Shown in pieces: positions 58,701-64,000 of a DNA stretch of 64,000 nt. This DNA is from the human T2T-CHM13v2.0 reference genome, Homo sapiens. The notes below the pieces were generated by a model. It did no database searches, had not been told where the DNA came from, and worked only from the letters and a program-made list of their open reading frames with translations. Within the stretch, counting starts at the first letter, position 1. The number at the start of each line of letters is the position of its first letter. The translations under genes were made by a program, and so were the position numbers. The stretch is taken from the NCBI RefSeq assembly GCF_009914755.1, contig NC_060930.1; one strand, 5' to 3'.

Positions 58701-59718
58701 AATAAGAAACAGCACCCTTCAGAAGTCTTATATATTATTTATGATTCTATTTTAAAAAATATTTTTTCATGAGACTATTTTACTTGGATCTTCAAATTGT
58801 ACATTTGTTGGGACCAGTTCACCTACTGGTCCATATCCACATAAGTCGTGCTTTACAGTCATAGACTGGTGTGACACACTGTAATAGAAAATGATGCATT
58901 GACTGAATTTAAAGGAACATGGACTATTTCTGGATCTGCCGTGCAGCATGAGATCTGTATCATATTTGAAACAAAGCTAACCAAGCAGACAAAGCAAAAA
59001 GATATCTATAGCATCCATTAATCAGGATAGAGTATATATTTTTTCAGCATCTTACTCTATTTGCTTAGCATATTTTAAGCCTGAAATGCAGAACAAAAAC
59101 AGCCTTAGTGACCATTTGCATTGATTCTTACATGTTTGTCCTTAGGGAATCATCCCTTGAAAAAGCCAAAGCAAACTCGATTTCTTTGAAAATTGTCAAA
59201 TAGTTAGTATTACATGTATTTCTTTATGCCATCTTTTTTTTCCACTGGGGTGGCATTAAAATATTCTGCAATGTATGCATTTTGATTTAACTATAAATAT
59301 ATAACTAAATCTGCCATTTAAAAAAAACTGAAAATAATTTAAAGTGTGTTGTTCATAAGAAATGCAAGCATAAAATTACTTGAAATTTAAACTAGGAAGA
59401 GTAAACAACATAAAAGAATCAACTAAAAGATGCATATTCATTCTTAAGACCTTCAGTTTGGGTAAGACTTTAGAAACTCTTTGAGACAGAATTACCACAC
59501 CTGCTTTAAAGAAGGCAGCTTATATTTCTCTCCACTCTATAAGGTATATTAAACATTCTCAAGTCCTTTCCCATAGGGATTTCCACATCTAAAATTCTTG
59601 AAGTTGAGCCTCTATGTTTCTCTCTATTCAAATTGCTTATTCCTCCAAGTGCAGTGAGGTAAAAGCGTCTGGGGATCAGACTGACACATGTTTACCCCAT
59701 CTGCGTCCCGCCCCGCCC

Positions 59719-60920
59719 ACCATCTCTCACCTTATACAAAAATCAACTCACCATGGATTAAGGACTTAAACCTAATACCTGAAACTATAAAAATTATAGA
59801 AGATAACATTGGAAAAACCCTTCCAGATATTGGCTTAGGTAAGGATTTCATCACCAAAAACCCAAAAGCAAATGCAATAAAAACAAAGATAAAGAGCTAA
59901 GACCTAAACTAAAGAGCTTTTAATCAAACTAAAGACCTTTGCACAACAAAAGGAACAGTCAGCAGAGTAAACAGACAACCCACAGAGTGGGAGAAAATTA
60001 TCACAATCTATACATCTGACAAAGGACTAATATCCAGAATCTACAATAAACTTAAACAAATCAGTAAGAAAAAAACATTCAATCCCATCAAAAAGTGGGC
60101 TAAGGACATGAATAGACAGTTCTCAAAAGAAGATATACAAATGGCCAACAAACATGAAAAAATGCTCAACATCACTAATAATCAGGGAAATGCAAATCAA
60201 AACCGCAATGCGATACCGCCTTACTCCTGCAAGAATGGCCATAATAAAAAAATCAAAACAGTGGATATTGGTGTGGATGCGGTGGACAGGGAACACTTCT
60301 ACACTGCTGGTGGGGCTGTAAACTAGAACAGTTGCTATGGAAAACAGTGTGGAGATTCCTTAAAGAACTAAAAGTAGAACTACCATTTGATCCAGCAACC
60401 CACTACTGGGTATCTATCCCAAGGAAAAGAAGTCATTATTCGAAAAAGATACTTGCACACATGTTTATAGCAGCACAATTCACAATTGCAAAATCGTTCA
60501 ACCAACCCAAATGCCCATCAATGAGTGGATAAAGAAACTCAGATATATATATATATGAATACTACTCAGCCATAAAAAGGAATGAATTAATAGCATGTGC
60601 AGTGACCTGGATGAGATTGGAGACTATTATTCTAAGTGAGGCAACTCAGGAATGGAAAACCAAACATTGTATGTTCTCACTGATATGTAGGAGCTAAGCT
60701 ATGAGGACACAAAGACATAAGAGTGATAGAATGAACTTCAGGGTCTTGGGGGGAAGAGTGGGAGGGGGAAGAGGAGTAAAATACAACAAATATGGTGCAG
60801 TGTATACTGCTTGGATGATGGGTGCACCAGGGTCTCACAAATCACCACCAAAGAACTTAAGTAACCAAATACCACCTGTACCCCAATAACTTATGGAAAA
60901 ATAAAATAATAAAAAATTTA
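59719..60920 (+). mobile_element. 5'-truncated L1PB (L1PB1-like)
   Basis: ORF2 C-terminal homology ([16 protein letters not shown]; [13 protein letters not shown]) and an L1PB 3' UTR (AAATCACCACCAAAGAACTT) with an A-rich tail. Confidence 0.88.
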
Positions 60921-60982
60921 AGAAGTAAAATACCTGTAACTTTGCTAGTATTAGACATCTGTAACATAACCCCGATCCTCAT

Positions 60983-61252
60983 TTTTATTTTTCTTAATTT
61001 TTAAGTTTTTTGGGTGCAGAGTAGGTGCACATATTTATGGGGTAAATGAGATATTTTAATACTAGGCATGCAATGAGTAATAATTATATCAGGGTAAATA
61101 GGGTATTCATCACCTCAAGCATTTCTCTGTGTTACAAACAGTTCCATTATATTCTTTAGTTAATTTTAAATGCACAATAAGTGATTATTGACTGTAGTCA
61201 CCCTGTTGTGCTATCAAATACTAGATCTTATTCATTCTATCTAACCATATTT
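60983..61252 (-). mobile_element. L1MA (L1MA2/3-like) 3' end
   Basis: ATATTTATGGGGTA...GACTGTAGTCACCCTGTTGTGCTATCAAATACTAGATCTTATTCATTC. Confidence 0.8.
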
Positions 61253-62169
61253 CATTAATGCTTCTCTCTGTACGTTGATTTCCCCTCTTTCCTTTGTGTC
61301 ATCCACATCTGCTCTCTCCTGCCTTCCCTCACAATCACACCTCCTTTCCTTTGAGATAATTATTTTTAGGGTTTTTGTAATTGGAAAATTACTTATCAAG
61401 GGTCTTTAAGTGATTTTCATTACTAAGTACATATAGCTAACTCTCCCATTTCTGTTCCCATCCCTGGCCTAGTTAAATCTTCACAGCTGCATTGAAATTA
61501 CCTGTTCTTAGAAATCAGCTAAATGTGTTATGTCATATATACATCTTCCACCCTGAAAAAGCTGTCCATTCACTATTCCATAGCTCCCATTAACCTCATC
61601 ACTACTCTCCCAGCTGTCTAGGCTGTGCAGTATGAAGAAATAAAAGGAGTTGGGAAAGAGGAAAATATACTTGGAAAATGATATTCTGTAGTTATTTGAT
61701 CTGTTCATTCAACATTATTCCTCACAGTCAGCTTAGAAATAATATTGAACAATTTTCTCTATAATATTTCTGCATTTACTTCCCCATTTTCATTCTGACA
61801 ACCACACTGAGCCCAGTTATACTTTCATTACTTCACATCCAGTCTCTCCTCTCATCCTTTTCATGCTATAATCTATTTTAGGTACAAAAGCGGGAATAAT
61901 CTCTCACACATCTGCAATGTTTCCTTTTTCCTTACTGTATTAGAATGACGCTATTCCACCCTCTTCCATCTTGTCCTTTTAATCTCATCAGCTGTATTTT
62001 TCTTAGTACATTTCATGAACAGTTCGTTCAAGTCAAAGTCACCTGTTGTTTGCAGAGAAGTTGAAAATTGAAAGAAGAAATTCTCTCCTTTCTTCTCATT
62101 CATTCTACCTTTCCTTCCTCCTCCTTCCCCTCCACTACTCTCTTCCCCTTCCCTTCTCCTGTGTTTTTA

Positions 62170-63320
62170 CTTTCATTCATTAAACAACTTATTAAATACC
62201 TACTATGTTGACATACCCTGGAGCTAGATGATACATCAGGCTTAATTCCACTTCAAGGCTGGGAAGTAAGTAATGTGGCATGATATTAATCTTCCCAAGA
62301 CATTTGTATGGGAAATATTAGCTATAATTCATAGAGGTGGAAACTAAGATTGAGAACGGTTTTATAATGCACAGAGGTCACATAGGAGATAACAAATAGA
62401 CCTGGGATTCAAATCTAGACGTTTTCAGTTCCAGAATACATATGTTTCCACACAAAATTACTTGAAATAAAAATCCAGGAAGTCCAGGGCACTGAGGGAG
62501 AGAGATGAACACAAATGAATCTGAGGTGCTAGAAGCCAGCATGCCTACAGGTTAAAGAGTGGACACTGGGCTTTGGTGAGATAAGGCTGGAGGAGTAAGG
62601 AGGGATTTGATTATGTCCACCCTTATAGGCCATATTAATCAGGTTAATTTTTAGTCCTATGGCCACTAGGAAACCACTGACTTAACTTTAGTTAAGTGGG
62701 TGACAAAACAAGATTTACACACTGGAAAGATAGCTCAGAGGTCAGGGTGAATGTGGGTAACTAGCAGTGCAGCTAAGATGATGGACTAAGGTGATGTGAT
62801 TAATACGTATAATATAAAATGCTAGGATTCGCTGCTACATTAGATATGTACATTAAAGGGTGCAAGATTTCTAGTGTGACTCAGAGGTTTCAGACTTCCT
62901 TACTGGGTAGAAATCACGTTTGATCTAGGATGGGATGAAGAGGTGGAATGTTAACTGAATACATGCATGTGTGAGGTTAAAGAAAATATAAAATAAGAAG
63001 AGGCATGACACCAAGTTATGAAGAGCTACAACATTGATGGTTGGATAGAAGGAGTGATCTTAGAAAAGGGAGAATAAAGAAAAAAAATCAGAAATCAGAA
63101 GATAGGTCAAGGAAACTAAGAAAGGCAGAAGAAAGATTTTTAAGGCAGGAGTGGTCAGTAGCGTCAAATTCTGTTGAAATTAACAAGTGTTCATCAGATT
63201 TAGTGACTGAAGATCATTGTTAACCTTAGAGCTCTTTGAATCAAGGTTCTAGAAGTCAGATGAGAATGGATAAAGTTAGGAAGTGGATTCTGAAGGAGCA
63301 AGAATAATTTTGTAGAGAGG
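62170..63320 (-). mobile_element. L2 fragments with a nested MIR (~62280-62450)
   Basis: TTCATTCATTAAACAACTTATTAAATACCTACTATG (reverse L2 tail) and downstream purine-rich L2-like text. Confidence 0.6.
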
Positions 63321-63654
63321 CAGTGGGGCAAATCAAGAAAGATTTCAGAAGAAGTCATAATTTGTTTTCCCTTTTTCTTAATATTTTCTTGGAAAAGAAT
63401 TCCCTTCTTAAAATAATTTGAGAATGTAGAGTTGTAGCATTCTAATTTTCATTTTTTTAAACGACTCTCCTTTTTTTTTTTTTTTTAGTACTGTAATTCT
63501 ATCTTTACCACTCAATTTTACCACTATCTTTACCACTAAATTTTAAGGCCCTTAAAAGAATAGAATAATAAACCTATTATTTTATATCTATTTACAATCT
63601 TCTTTCAAAACAATATACACATGCATGTAGATTAATTAGTCATCAACTATTTTA

Positions 63655-63722
63655 TACGTATATTTACATATATACACACATACACATATACATATATACT
63701 ATTGCAATATATACTATTCATA
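63655..63722. repeat. (TA/CA)n low-complexity repeat
   Basis: Directly visible. Confidence 0.75.
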
Positions 63723-64000
63723 CAGCAGTTATGCTATTTATGCCAGAAATTCTGTATCAGAATTTCAATTAATTTTATGTTTTCATTCCAGTGATAACCC
63801 TAATATTGTAATTAATTGTGTTTTAGATCATCTGATTGAGCACCAAGCTCTGTCATGAAATTTTAGTACCCAAATTTGTATGTGATTTCCATTTTATTTT
63901 CTTTCATAAGAAATCATGGTTTGCTATATGAACAAATTCTGTATTGTACCAAATGAAGGAAAGTTGGGGGAAATTGAATTTACATGCAGTCATGTAATGT

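Noticed and set aside
58811-58832. Perfect 8-bp hairpin GGACCAGT-tcacct-ACTGGTCC
   Set aside because: Too short; expected by chance in 64 kb, with no ncRNA context recognised.
59719-61252. Tail-to-tail L1PB/L1MA as a hairpin, or L1PB versus L1PA4 as a recombination substrate
   Set aside because: The subfamilies are diverged and their 3' UTRs largely differ, so identity is too low to matter.

Overview
This is primate, almost certainly human, non-coding genomic DNA (a near-consensus AluYa5 is present); no host protein-coding gene is recognisable. The first ~33 kb is dense in transposons: a MER4-type solo LTR, a complete ~5.84-kb HERV-H provirus with LTR7(up)-type LTRs and a CCTTT target-site duplication (TSD), an old L1MC split by an MST LTR, an LTR27/28-type solo LTR, a full-length dead L1PA4-like element carrying an AluY, a Charlie4-type DNA transposon carrying an AluYa5, and further Alus and L2s. 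The 33-59 kb region is mostly AT-rich unique DNA with ancient repeats (L3/CR1, an RTE-clade fossil with readable protein motifs, L4, MIR, L2) and a few candidate exons. The last 5 kb holds L1PB, L1MA and L2 fragments. The most interesting points are an open ESRG-like frame in the HERV-H leader with a new AUG overlapping a uORF stop (AUGA), an intact ORF0 in the dead L1 whose antisense promoter faces the HERV-H, a 9-bp-period array of TEAD-like motifs, a fold-back hairpin inside an MLT2 fragment, and the RTE fossil. Family names come from recalled consensus sequences, not from a database search. I see no firm evidence of a wholly new biological system.
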